NCBI RefSeq assembly: GCF_037042905.1
Contig: NC_087246.1
Span: 13,844,233-13,908,232 of the forward strand
Length of the DNA stretch: 64,000 bases
Origin: Lytechinus pictus
Taxonomy: Eukaryota
Reading direction: 5' to 3'
A program made the translations under genes and the position numbers. Positions within the stretch are counted from its first letter, which is position 1; each line of letters opens with the position of its first letter. Positions 24,055 to 36,101 of the stretch are shown piece after piece. The notes under the pieces were generated by a model. That model had not been told where the DNA came from. It worked only from the letters and a program-made list of their open reading frames with translations, and did no database searches.

Positions 24055-27049
24055 GTAGTAATAATCTTGCTTCTTTGTATACATGTTTGTTAATTCAGAG
24101 AAACATGAATTAGAGTGATGGGGGGGGGGGGGGGTTAAGCCTTGAATTACTTTTTTTTTTTTTGCATCCTGAAACGATTGGAGTCATTATTACTGAAGGT
24201 GATATTATTATTCAAAAAATAAATTAAAGATTTGTATTTTTTTTTAGTTATACAAGTGAATTTTCAATTAGAATGTTTTTTCCCTTGACAAAATAACTTG
24301 TATCCTTGAGCTATTGGAATCAGTATTTCCTTCATGCATATTACAAACAAAAGTAAACTGTTTGTATTCATTAAGGCTTTACAAATACATCAACAACACA
24401 ACAGTACAATATCATTGACATTGTTTTTTTTTCAAATGCAACCATGACATGTAGTCATTTTCATTACTTACTAGTATTTCTAATAAGTAATGAAACTGGA
24501 CCACACGGGTCCTGCTGAGTTCCTACGGGAGTTACCATAAACTGAAACTCAAACTGATTTATAAGTTAGTATTTTTTACTCTGTAAATAAAGAGGCTTTA
24601 ATAGGAGGTAATAATAATTTGTGAACAAATTTTCGGCATTACTCCTATGTGTTTAAGATCGCATGCTCGATCTGTGATAAAAATAATTTTTTACTCTGGT
24701 GAATTTTGTCATGAAAATTGTTGAGCAGAAGATATGTTTACTTCCCTGTTCTATCTTAATTTACTACACATTCCAGTACACATACATGTTCAGCATCCCT
24801 AGGCATTGATACAATGGGCAAGATTGCAATTTGAATGCAAAGGAAGATCCTAAATGTATTCTGTGTAAGAGGAAGTATAAAGAACTGAGAAGCTTTGCCA
24901 TTGATTCCACTCAATTCCTTGTGAAGGAAAAGCCTCCCATTCATGATTCCCACTTTCATTGACACTCACATGCTAGACAAGCTTTAAAGGAAATTATATC
25001 TATTTTGACATCGTCTTGAAAGAAATCTAAATATTGAATTGTTTTTACAAAATTTTCATAAGTTTTCACAAAAGAAATAACGGAATAATGCTTGGTTTTG
25101 TTAAAAAGAAAAGAACATAATTAGTTGTGAATGTTGCCCTTTTTTCTTGCTTATTATAAATAAAGGAAGATTTTGATACATTGTTCATGTAACCATTTTT
25201 TCAAAGAAAATTTGTAATCATGTATAATATGAAAAGTATATTTTTTTGTACATTTGTGTAAACTCTGTATTTTACTTTGATGATATTCATCAAAGTAAAG
25301 TTAAAGGAAACTTTCTTTATTAAGATACATGTAGATAAACTTTAATTTCCATCTTTGATCTCCTTGTGCTAAATATGCAGTAGGTAGCGGAAAGTGGGGT
25401 AATTGAGGCCATGGGATAAATAAGGCCCCCAGTGAGTTTTTAGCTTACTGCTCAATTATACCAGTGCCAAAAGGGATTGTGGTTTGTGTGGTATTTGAGA
25501 CAGTTCCTTAGCACACATTTTGAGCATAAACAATGTCTCATAGCTCAATGCGAATAGCCAGGAGGAGCACAAACCCAGCGGCACCTCGAAATTGAAATTT
25601 TTAAAGTAGCATCGCCACTTTAGAGAGGCGAGTACAGTTATGTGCATAAACTTTCATCTTAGTTTACTTTTGTCAGGCATCATTATGCTTGCCAGTACTG
25701 TACTAAAATTCACCACTTTCCCTCTTATTTTCTGACCAGAATCCTATGAACTCAACATGCCTGATGGGGCAAATGAGGCCCCCAGATTAAAACATAATTA
25801 ACCCTGTATGGTTACATCTGTTAAAACAGTAAATTGCAGTGTAGACATCTCCACACATGCTTTATGTACACGTAGGCCTACACTAAAAGTGTCCATTTCC
25901 AATAGACATGTAGAAAAATATAACTCTAATAGTTGAAAAAACAATCCAACAATCACTTTTTTTCATAATATTGGATAGGATTATTTAAAAAATAAATCCT
26001 TAAATGGGGGCCTTTTGGGAAAATAAGTAAATATTAATCATGTGACTGTTACTAGTCAATGTTCAGTGATTGTGTCAAACCAACTGAAAAATTTTTGCTT
26101 TGAATATGGCAACACAAAGTAGTTTTAAATCGAGGAGCCTCATTTTCCCCATATTGACGGAGCAAATAGGGTCCCCTGACAACAATGTTTAATGCTTATT
26201 AATATGCAAATGAGATTGATTTAGTTCTTATATTTCTATTGGATAATGCAGGTCTACTGTAAGACCTATTATTAGACATCTTATAATGTTACTACTGCTA
26301 TGCATTAACAAGATATGATTGGAATTGTGAAAAAGATGGCCTTATTTACCCCACTCTCCCCTACATAGTATTCTTCACAGTTGGTCTTTAGATTATTGAT
26401 GATTTCCTCTTTATATTTACTAGGATATCATCAGATATATGCAAAAATTAAAACAGAATGCTAAGCAAAAAACGAGAGTGCAGAAAAAACTTGCATTTCT
26501 AAAAATTCTGGTTATTTATTATTAAAGTCTGTCATAACAATTGTAAAATTTATCTTACATCATTCAGCTGGAATGGTATGAGCTTTAATGAGAAGTTATT
26601 TTCTTGTTTAAAGCACAAATTACATTTTAAAATCTTCCATATTTATGTAGCAAATGTTAGCCGTTTTCTTTTCAGATTTCTTTGATATAGTACTCAGCCT
26701 AGAAATATGTATTTAGGCATGATCTATCAGCATCACACTCCCTTTAAAGTAGTCGATTCTCTATGTTTCTTTAATAAGTTGACTGAAGTACAGACAGCTA
26801 ATGATTCATGTATCATAGATTTACTGGGATTGTCATTCTTAGACCCAGCTTAGCAGTCGCTATGACAGGGTTTCTTAAAAACAAGGTATTTTTAGGCTCT
26901 CTACCTTGTCACGAATGTCACATTCTCAGCCATATCTAATTATAATGGATGGGATTAGAGATGATAGTATGAACATGTGATGATAGATTCCCAGGGTCTC
27001 AAAATGAAGGAGCTTTGAATTTATTTGGGAGAAGTTTTAAATATGGTCC

Positions 27050-27450
27050 ATGTTTAGCAGTGTTCGGATCATTCTGATTTTCTTCTTCCTCTTTATGTTT
27101 TCTTATTCTTTCTCATTCTCATTTTTCTTATCTATCTATTATTCTTTTTTTGTGTTTCTTATCTCCCCCCCTCCTGTCACTTTATATTTCTCGCTCTCTC
27201 TGTCTGCCTTATTTCTCAGTCTCTCTCTCTCTTTATTGTCCATCTCCCCCCTTTTCATTTAATATTAAGATTCCACCCTCTCTTTCTATTTTGTGTCTAA
27301 TTTTTTTTTAAGTTTCCTACATTACATTTTGTCCTTTTTCTTTTACCCCTTTCTTGTTTTTTTTCTATAAATACAACTTGATTGCTCTGTCTTTATGATT
27401 TTGTTTACTCTCTTACCCAAAATACACTCCCTCGGTTTTATATCACTGTA
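27050..27450 (+). repeat. Pyrimidine-rich low-complexity block about 270 bp upstream of exon 4
   Basis: Same composition and strand as 19800-20110. Confidence 0.8.
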
Positions 27451-27718
27451 TTTTTTCCTGCATAGCATACACAGAAATCTCTTATTTGCTTAATTCTGAT
27501 GCATGACCATATTAGTGACATGTTAATTTTCATCTGACCACAGTCATTAATACTTTTTGCTCTGCAATTAAAATCTATTATACATAATTTCCATATATTG
27601 AAATGAGTCCGTAGTCAAAATTGTGTTTTCAACCCCATATTATGTACATTTACATGAATGATTATCGTACATGAATATGTATATAGTTTCATATACTTAA
27701 TTGCTTGCATTTTTGTAG

Positions 27719-28073
27719 CAAGCTGAACACAATGGAGAAGAAGAAGAAGAACAATCTAGCTCAGTGCATTTTGGAGACACCTCCGATGAAGATCTCTTCC
27801 CAGACCTTCCCACCTCACCCTCCCTTTCTGCCCTCAAGAGTGGTCCAAAACCCTCCATGACATCATCCGTCAAAGGAAATATTTCAGAGACACAGAATGA
27901 GATAAAGGAGGATGGAAAAAAGAAAATGAAAGAGAAGGAGCAGAGGAAACGACAAGATAGTGATTTGTCTTCTATCTTGAGTGGTAGTTCTTTGAAGTCA
28001 TCAGGGTCAGGGAGTGGACCACATAGAGGACAATCTTCTGATGATAGAGGAAGCAAGATAAACTCATCTTTAG
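27719..28073 (+). CDS. Large gene exon 4 (QAEHNGEEEEEQSSSVHFGDTSDEDLFPDL...SKINSSL), an acidic/serine-rich linker
   Basis: Acceptor ttttgtag|CAAGC and donor TTAG|gtgagt; 355 nt, phase 0 in, phase 1 out. Same frame as ORF 27764..28258. Confidence 0.75.
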
Positions 28074-28845
28074 GTGAGTCATCAGAATCAGGTGTTCTTG
28101 AAATTCTTTCTCTATTTAATAAAATAAATACATTCTTTCCCTTCCGTCAATTAAATTATATGTATCTAGTGATATTGCCCAAAAGTCAATCAAAACCCCG
28201 GCATGGATTATATATGTACATGTACATTACTCAATGGGACCTTCTGTCTTCTGGCTAGGCACTCAGAATTTACAGTAGGTTACATAATGGTAATTAATAC
28301 ATGCTATGCAGCGTAGTTTCAAAACTGATTTGGCTACTCTGGGTAAAGAAGATATTGGTAACTCTATTTGTGGTAGTTGTTCAATTTGTGACGTTTTTAA
28401 TTTATTCTGTGGTAGTTTTATAATTTGTGACAAAGTTAATATTTCTACTATTAGGTAACAGACTTTAATGATTAGATTAAAGAGTGTACATGTACATTTG
28501 TATATACATGTACTTCATCAATTTTGATGATGTACAGTGTATGGTATAATATGACTTATTGAAATAGAATGTATTGACTCGTTTTGTGTCCTTTTCTTTG
28601 AAGGAGTTAAATTTGTTATTTCTTATTTTTGTTCCTTCTACTCAAGAAGACTAAAATTGCAGATCAAACCCACAATTAAAAGTTGTATGATTGGTTTGTC
28701 TCTAAAACGTTCAATAAGAATATAAAGATATTGTGATTATAGTTGAATAGTAAACCATTTTGCTTTCATTTCTTTCTATATATTATTAGATTTTACTTTA
28801 AAACTTCATTTCTATTCCCTTTTTAATTCTTTCATCCCAATACAG

Positions 28846-28980
28846 AAGCAAGCCCAGAACATGCAATCCCCAAATCTAGCATTCCATTTAGCAAGAAAAG
28901 GGTTTCTCAGTGGACAGAGAGAGATATCATACATTGGTTGGATTCTATAAACCTGGGACATCTAGCTCAAAACTTCATTG
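28846..28980 (+). CDS. Large gene exon 5 (EASPEHAIPKSSIPFSKKRVSQWTERDIIHWLDSINLGHLAQNFI), start of SAM domain 2
   Basis: Acceptor caatacag|AAGC and donor TCATTG|gtgagt; phase 1 in, phase 1 out. Confidence 0.75.
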
Positions 28981-29978
28981 GTGAGTATAAAAAAATAAAG
29001 CTCTGTTTGCAAATGATGTTATGAAACTGTTGAACAATAAACAAGGGAATCTAGCAATTCAGTTCCCTTCTCAAGACTTACATGTATTTGCTACATGTAG
29101 GGTTTAATAAAGATAACATTACAGCAAAATCAAAGTACATGTAAATATGAACAATTGAATGCTTGCCAGGTGTTTTCATTTATTGGTGAGAAGTGGGAGG
29201 GAATCGGGATGGCCAAAACCTTGTTGTCAAAACAAAAAAGCAAATCGTGGCATGCATTTTAAAGAAACTTATTAGATTATCTCCTCATAGAACAGTTACC
29301 TCTCCTGCAGTGTTTTGGATTCCACCCAGCTTTGTCATCAGGCTGAAAATCATTTTGAAAACTTGCAGATTACAATATATATATATAAATAGATTAGAAA
29401 AGAAAAGACAAATGGTTAACATTCAATAGTATGATAGAAAAATTTTGGAACTACTTATTTAGTGATATGTGGAGTATCTTGAAGTCAAAACTCTTTTTTT
29501 GGGGGGGGGGGCAAATTTTTATCATGATATTCCACGCAAGTATACAGTGCGTTATACATATATATTGGATTACATCCATCTTGATTTTTTTTATTTTTAT
29601 GTATACATGTACATGTAAATACACAGGGCTCAACATTAGCAGTGGCCCGAGGCAACCAGAAATGAGAGTTGGGCCACCAAAATTCTGTACAAGCCCACAC
29701 TTGGTGGCCCGGTTTGGCTATGAAAGTTTTGATAAATTGTAATGTTTTCTATTGTTTCAAGGCCACCAAATTTTTTTGCGGGCCACCAAAAATATGAAAT
29801 TGATGATTTGATCAAGAAAAATGTGGAGCCTTGAATACACCCTGTGTTAGGTACACATTCTTTGTTCAACATGTACGTATGTCACCCTGAGGCTCTAATG
29901 CCATTGGTTATCCCAGTAACATTGTTTTTTTTTTCATTCTTGTAATCGTATTCACATTGTTAAACATACTGATGATTA

Positions 29979-30285
29979 ATGTTTTTCAAAGTGTATCCCC
30001 TGCAATTTAATCAATTCCACATTCTCTCTCCTTTTCACCTTCTTTCTCTTCTTCACCCTCTCCCCACATCAAGTCTATCTTATGTCTGTCTTTCTGTCTG
30101 TCTCTCTCTCTCTCTTTATGTCCCTTGCCCTTATTTCTCTTCTTCACCCTCACTCTCTCCCACATCGTTTCTTCTTTCATCTCATCTCTCTCTGTCCTTT
30201 CATCTCCATCCACCTTCTTCATTTGCCCCTTCTCTACATCATCCTCTATTTGATGACTATTATCTGAAATATATTTGATATACTT
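29979..30285 (+). repeat. Pyrimidine-rich low-complexity block ending about 8 bp before the acceptor of exon 6
   Basis: Same composition and strand. Confidence 0.8.
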
Positions 30286-30292
30286 CTTTCAG

Positions 30293-30343
30293 ATCATGAC
30301 ATTTCTGGAAAAGAGCTAATGGAAATTGATATGTCCTTGCTTG
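30293..30343 (+). CDS. Large gene exon 6 (DHDISGKELMEIDMSLL), SAM2 continued
   Basis: Acceptor ttctttcag|AT and donor CTTG|gtgagt; phase 1 in, phase 1 out. Confidence 0.7.
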
Positions 30344-31067
30344 GTGAGTAATTCTTGTCTAAACCAAAGTAATTAGTTTCTGGCACCTGTCCCAACTGAA
30401 CTTTCTTGTAATTTTTCATGTAAATAATTTATTGATCCATCAAATAACAGTCCATATCCTTTGATAAATCCCATCAGTAGTCATTTATATCCCTGTACAT
30501 GTTGTTGGGGGCTTCCCAGCATTTTATATCCTTCAAAACTTTCAGACCTGTTTAATACACATTATGTATCAAATTCCATGTTCAGTAATAATTCAGATAA
30601 CAAATAAAATCTCATTGTTTGATGAGCTTTAAGTATCAAATCATACTTGCAACATGTATAATAATTTAAGGAAAATGAAATAAAAACATTGATTTAAGTT
30701 TTTAGTAAGTTTGGATCTTTTTTCATTAATTTTAATTTGTTGAACTCAGACCGAATGAATGATAATCTTTAATGCCTTATTGATATTGCTCATGTTCCAA
30801 TTATATCACACTTGCACTCTGCATATATAGTTTGAATAAGGGACAACCCTTTGGCTGGGTTTTGTAAAATACATGCAATTGTGTAGTGATGCTAAAGATT
30901 TCCTGAAGATACATGTAGTATTGAATATTTCATTTAATTTGTCCATATCTCTTACATTCCTGGGATGGCGATAGTATGACAATATTTTTAACTTTTTAGC
31001 CCCTCTAAATTTTTTTTATTTGGATAATAATTTGATATTTTTTAAATATTCTTGTGTCTCCTTACAG

Positions 31068-31169
31068 ATGAAATGAATATAGATTCCTCAATAGAAAGAG
31101 AGAAAATCTTATCTACTCTCTACGAATTGACCAACCCATCTTCTACTACTGCGAGAGATGATGTTTTGA
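31068..31169 (+). CDS. Large gene exon 7 (DEMNIDSSIEREKILSTLYELTNPSSTTARDDVL), end of SAM2
   Basis: Acceptor ccttacag|AT and donor TTTTGA|gtaagt; phase 1 in, phase 1 out. Confidence 0.7.
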
Positions 31170-31443
31170 GTAAGTTGCCAATGATAACAGTGCTTTGTGG
31201 CTACTACAGGGACTCTGTTGGTTTAATGGATATATTCGAATTTCAATTAATATAGACTACTTTGAGCTTAGGTTTATAGTGTGTGATAGGGTTTTTAATC
31301 AGAATAAATATGAGGACTATGATTCATGTTTGAGATTAGGTGTCATATTTGTCTTCATGTGCAGATTTTCTATTGGAGCAATTACCACTAGAGAAAACCT
31401 TCCTACCAATTGTCAAAACACAATTCTACATATTCTTTACCAG

Positions 31444-32485
31444 GTGTTATCAGCCATACCAGCGGCTATGAGAAACAGAAATACATGGCAGCGGTAAGTG
31501 TGTTACAATCAGATGACCCTGAAGACATTCAGCTCTTACCACCAGAAGAACGGGACAGTCTACTATCTAGTCCGGAGAAGAATGACAGCAGAGAAGAGAA
31601 CAAGAGACTGAAGGATGAATGGGATGACGATGATGATTGGGATGATGAAGAGGATACAGAGGAGAAGGTTGATAAGAAGAAGGTCACAGGAAGAATGGAT
31701 GCCTCGGATGAAGAAACCGATGATTCTGATGGAGATTTTGATGATGAAGATGATACAGAGAAGGAGATTGATAAGAAGAAGGTCACAGGAAAGATGGATG
31801 CTGCTGATGATGAAACCGATGATTCTGATGGTGATTGGGACGATGAAGATGATGAGGAAGAAGAAGAAGTTGTGGAACTTCTGGCAGAAATCAAAGAAAC
31901 TGAAAAAAAAGCCAAACTTGCTGCAAACCAAGCAAGTAAAGATGCAGAGAAAAATATACCCTCTGGTAAGACTGCTGATAAGGACAGCAAAGAATCAGAA
32001 GACAGCGACTTTGACTTTGACAATGATGATGAAGAAGAAGTTGAGTTTATGAATAAAAAACAGAGCAATGAAGCTCTGAAATCAGCCATGATAGTTAATA
32101 ATATCTCAGGAAATGTGAAATGTGTTGAAAATAATGCTTCCAAAAATACTGCCAATAGTACCAAGGTGCTAAAACAAGGTTCTGTTGAGAAGGACAATAT
32201 CTTGAAAGGCTCCCCCAAAGAACCTGTGACAAGAAAAACCTCTGTTGACAAAAAAGGCCTGTCTAGAACAACTTCCAGTGATTCTCTAGGTGCAGTGATC
32301 CCAGCGAATGTTTCAGTAGATGGGACTGAGCATGGGGCCAAAAAGGATTTCACAAAGGGAAGGAAGGTTGAGACTGAGATACCAGTAGAGGAGGAGAGTC
32401 CCAGGCGAGGAGATGTGAAGCCAACAAGAAGTGAGAGCAGTAGAAGTTCTGGGAGTGAGAAAGAAGAAAAGAAGAAGAAAGGAGG
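31444..32485 (+). CDS. Large gene exon 8 (1042 nt). A highly acidic, disordered region with a tandem 40-aa repeat (EEKVDKKKVTGRMDASDEETDDSDGDFDDEDDT and EKEIDKKKVTGKMDAADDETDDSDGDWDDEDDE), then a K/S-rich segment.
   Basis: Acceptor ttctttaccag|GT and a strong donor GGAGG|gtaaga. An in-frame TAA (32487-32489) lies inside the donor consensus, so the unspliced read stops there (ORF 31410..32489). Splicing continues in frame into exon 9. Confidence 0.7.
31655..31894 (+). repeat. Coding tandem duplication (2 x about 120 bp) inside exon 8
   Basis: Near-identical 120-bp units at 31655-31774 and 31775-31894, each encoding a K-rich then D/E-rich 40-aa unit. Confidence 0.8.
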
Positions 32486-32819
32486 GTAAGAAAACATGTC
32501 AATACGTTATGAAAGTCTCTTGATTTTTCACCATTGCGTTATAATAGTAACTTCCAATTCCAAAGACACATGCTGTAAACATCGTTTACTGGTAGACGAT
32601 GAACACAAAAAAAGGTGAGGAAAAAGAAGAATCCTTTATCAATCATTTAACCATTTTAGAAATCTATAGATATAAAGTTTGTTGAATTTAATGTATCTTT
32701 TTTCTTTTACCTGTTTTTCATCACTGAAGAGATGCTTTATTAATCCAACTTTTTTAGTCTAAATCTCACTATCGAAAGAAAAAGACTATTTTGAATGTGT
32801 ATGATTCTTGTTCATGTAG

Positions 32820-32917
32820 ACTCTTCAAGCTGAAAGAAGTGATCTCCCCGTCAAATTGGAAGAAGAGTCCAAGAGATAGCAACACCATTCATGTATGGAC
32901 AGATGTTGGACAAACAG
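32820..32917 (+). CDS. Large gene exon 9 (GLFKLKEVISPSNWKKSPRDSNTIHVWTDVGQT)
   Basis: Acceptor catgtag|A and donor AACAG|gtatcc; phase 2 in, phase 1 out. Same frame as ORF 32791..33063. Confidence 0.65.
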
Positions 32918-33062
32918 GTATCCATTTTATATCTTACATTGATGATAATTTATATTTGATTCACGCAATAAACATATGCAGCATATTGCAGAATGATAAT
33001 ATATCTAAATGTTTTCTCTTTAAAAGAACTGGGTATGGTTCACTTAGTTTCATCTTATTGTG

Positions 33063-33320
33063 AGTTCTGTTATAAGGCGACCGCACACCTTACGATTGGT
33101 TTGTGACCCGATTTTAGAATAAAATGTAGTAGAATTTGATGCTAATATTGAGACTTGGAATATCTTACTGTGTAATGTTCTAAATCATCGTACGAATACC
33201 TATGTTCAAATCTGTGACTATGCTATCATCCTTCTTAGAATAAAAGCGAATTTAATATCTAGTCGTAATGACGTCATAGCAGTCGTACGAGTGGTTACGA
33301 TTTGAAAATAATTTGGCCTT
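33063..33320 (+). repeat. Dispersed repeat, copy 1 (ccgcacaccttacgattggtttgtgacccgattttagaataaaatgtagtagaatttgatgct.atattgagac.tgga..atcttactgtgtaatgttctaaatca..gtacgaatacctatgttcaaatctg)
   Basis: About 90% identical to 48893-49030. Confidence 0.7.
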
Positions 33321-33803
33321 TACTCCAAAATAAAGGCTTGCAATCTTTCAAAATGGTTGACATTAGTATTTTTTCAATTAATTTTAACCTCATATAAAAT
33401 GATATGTTCCATTCACATTTTCAGAAAATGAGCAAAATGCGATTTGTTCCAAATATGCTTGAATTCTTCCATGATATTTCAAATTAACATTGCATTATCA
33501 GTACAGGTTTGATATTCAATAGGTTAATTTAATGTTAATAATTATTCTATAATATAATGATTTATGACTTCTTTAGAAGAAAAATATGCTGAAATATATA
33601 GATAACATATAGATTGTCTATGAAGTATCTTGATTTTCAATGAACCACTGTGTATATATATATATGTTATTAATTTTTAATGAACATGAACGTTGTCTGA
33701 GTTGTCATCAATGTTCATTTATACTCACATAATCGTAGATTATAAAATGTTTTAGAAAAAAGGATAATATGTATTTAATTTTTTTTCATCTAAATAATTA
33801 TAG

Positions 33804-33950
33804 GGAGTGGATCAAAGACTCTGGTAGTGAAACTGACAGAGGAATCAACAACTCAAGATTTAATCAATTTATGTTTAAATCAGTTGGATCTGATTGAGGA
33901 CCCCAGACTCTACAGGGTGCTACAGGCTACAATTCATGGCAAAGACAAGG
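33804..33950 (+). CDS. Large gene exon 10 (GSGSKTLVVKLTEESTTQDLINLCLNQLDLIEDPRLYRVLQATIHGKDK), ubiquitin-like (RA/RBD-type) domain 1, first half
   Basis: Acceptor aattatag|GG and donor ACAAGG|gtaagg; phase 1 in, phase 1 out. Confidence 0.7.
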
Positions 33951-34403
33951 GTAAGGTGTATGCAGACACTACTTAATTGCTTTTCCCGAAAGATGTTGAT
34001 ATTGTCAATGGCACCATAACATTCTCATTAGAAAAAAGTTTTGATGGGTCATTCCGTCGTTTTTACACTCACTTGATTGCCCCTCCTAATCTTTGCCTCA
34101 TAACATTCCAGCAACACCGGTTAACTTGTTAATAAAATTAGGTTTTTAAATTACACATCAGATGTCTATCAATCAAGTTCAAAGGTGATCTTGTAGATCA
34201 CAAGCTTAAAAATGTAACTCAAATTTGAATCAGGATCAGCCGAATCGGTTCTACATGAAGGTATCAAATTAGCTCAACTTCCGGTGCACACAATACCCAG
34301 CTTTAATTGAAAAAAAATGAATGTAATACCAATATTCCTAAAAAGTAGTAGAATGATAATAATAATACAAATTTTCCTAACTTTTTAATGTCCCCATGTG
34401 CAG

Positions 34404-34522
34404 GTAATGATGTAGAGCTTGTGCCAATGGATAGCCCACTTGTTATTCAGCATGGCTGGAGTGATCATTCTAGTAATAGGTTTGAGTTCAGGCAGAAGAC
34501 TGCACAGGGTGGTGCTATAAAG
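34404..34522 (+). CDS. Large gene exon 11 (GNDVELVPMDSPLVIQHGWSDHSSNRFEFRQKTAQGGAIK), RA-like domain 1, second half
   Basis: Acceptor atgtgcag|GT and donor ATAAAG|gtgagc; phase 1 in, phase 0 out. Confidence 0.7.
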
Positions 34523-34829
34523 GTGAGCTGAAACCTTATACATTATAATTATTATGATGAAAGTTCATTAAGATACAGCAATTTGGTATTGATAAGTGCC
34601 AGTTGAAATGTATGCCTTTCATGTTTGTATCAAAGTTAATGAGGAATGTGCAGACTTAATGGATTGACTTTTATTGCTTATAATAGAGAATTAATGTCTA
34701 AAGTAATTATTTTGAAAACTATTTATTCTTGACAAACCATAACCAACTCTGATTTTGCTTACAACGTGTTTATAAGTTGATCTTTGTAGGTTTGCATGGT
34801 GGAGTTTATAACGTTGAGAAGGTTTACGG

Positions 34830-35076
34830 TTCACCATGTGTAATATGAAGAAGGGAAGGAAATACAGACAGAAAGATTGAAATGGAAAGACGAGAAAGGA
34901 TGAAAAGAGGAAATTAGAAGTATTCTTTTCTTGAAAGTGGGTGAAGTCCTGAAAAGGACTGTAAACCAGATGAGATGAGCTGAATGTGGCTTGAGCAGCG
35001 ATGGTTTGAGTAGAAGCAAGATGGAGTGAAGAGAGGTTACTCGACGTTTCGGGCAGGTTGTCTGTCCGTCTTCAGG
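34830..35076 (+). repeat. Second copy of the hairpin-ended repeat family, inside an intron of the large gene
   Basis: Aligned with 18838-19141. It ends with a single arm followed by the reverse complement of the loop (tcttcaggag). Confidence 0.65.
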
Positions 35077-35440
35077 AGTGTTTATAAGTGTTGTGACATG
35101 TTTAACTCTCTATGATTAAGAGTATTTACCAATATAGGCCCATCGTCAAAAGTCTGTTCGGTATAAAAGAGCTGTATGTCATATGATACCAGCTTTCCTG
35201 CATTCCCGTTTTTGTCTATGAGGACATGTGAAAATTGGTAATGAAAAGCCACTTGCTGATTTCCTGTGGGAAAGACACAGCTCTGATTTTGGCAAGGTGG
35301 CTAATTCATAATGTCGATACCAATTACACATACATGTAATATTATGTAATTTGCAACATGTTGTAGTTTACTACCATTAAAAGTTTTTTCTTTGAATTTG
35401 AATCACTATTATAATCCTGTCTATGTTACTCACTTTTCAG

Positions 35441-35600
35441 ACCGTCCTTAGAATCCCTGGTCAACCACCTAAGGGCAAGCTGGTCAGTATATCTCTGTCT
35501 ACTCCAGCCAATGAAGTGGTCATCTTGGCTCTCAAGAAGTTTGACATGAAGAATGTTGACCCAACTCTCTTCTGTCTTCTTGAAGTTGACAATGATGGAG
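35441..35600 (+). CDS. Large gene exon 12 (TVLRIPGQPPKGKLVSISLSTPANEVVILALKKFDMKNVDPTLFCLLEVDNDG), RA-like domain 2
   Basis: Acceptor cacttttcag|ACC and donor GATGGAG|gtatat; phase 0 in, phase 1 out. Matches ORF 35423..35608. Confidence 0.7.
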
Positions 35601-35616
35601 GTATATAATCTTGTTT

Positions 35617-35740
35617 CAGTTTTCTTGATTTTACTTGATTTGATTTGATTTGATTTGAATTGAATTGAATTGAATTGAATCGAATTGATTGGATTGGATT
35701 GGATTAAATTTGACTTGACTTGACTTATTGAGCTCACATT
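35617..35740. repeat. Pentanucleotide microsatellite (GATTT/GAATT/GGATT)n with a (GACTT)n tail
   Basis: Direct repeats. Confidence 0.9.
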
Positions 35741-35916
35741 CAAAAAATTATAATTTACAGAGTACCGAAGATCTTCAGGTTGTATGACTGCGTATCAAGA
35801 GAGACCTTCTAGTGGCTAATGACATGGCTCTTACATATGCTAAACATTGAGAAACTGTTGTGTAATGACTCATGATGATGATATATTGTATTTTCATTGT
35901 TGGTTGACCTCCTTAG

Positions 35917-36101
35917 ATGTATGTGATGTGGATGATGAAGCACTCCCCCTTCAGCTTGACTCACATGCCTTTGTGTTGTGTGACCGTAGCAACAGGGATC
36001 TTCATTGGACGACCCAGGAAGAAGAAGAAGCCAATGCTGGGGATCGTAAGGTCAAGCGTCAGGACTCTCTCACTTCGAGAGCTAGCTCCAAGATGTCCGC
36101 T
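35917..36101 (+). CDS. Large gene exon 13 (DVCDVDDEALPLQLDSHAFVLCDRSNRDLHWTTQEEEEANAGDRKVKRQDSLTSRASSKMSA), end of RA-like domain 2 plus an acidic linker
   Basis: Acceptor ccttag|AT and donor TCCGCT|gtaagt; phase 1 in, phase 0 out. Same frame as ORF 35847..36179. Confidence 0.7.

Noticed and set aside
27697-28056. 119-aa minus-strand ORF
   Set aside because: It is antisense to exon 4 of the large gene, whose sense frame is phase-consistent with its neighbouring exons.
31529-32497. 322-aa serine-rich ORF on the minus strand, plus the overlapping ORFs 31563..31931(-) and 31615..32052(+)
   Set aside because: It is antisense or out of frame to the acidic GAT/GAA-rich exon 8, a low-complexity artefact. 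The sense frame is spliced consistently into the flanking exons.
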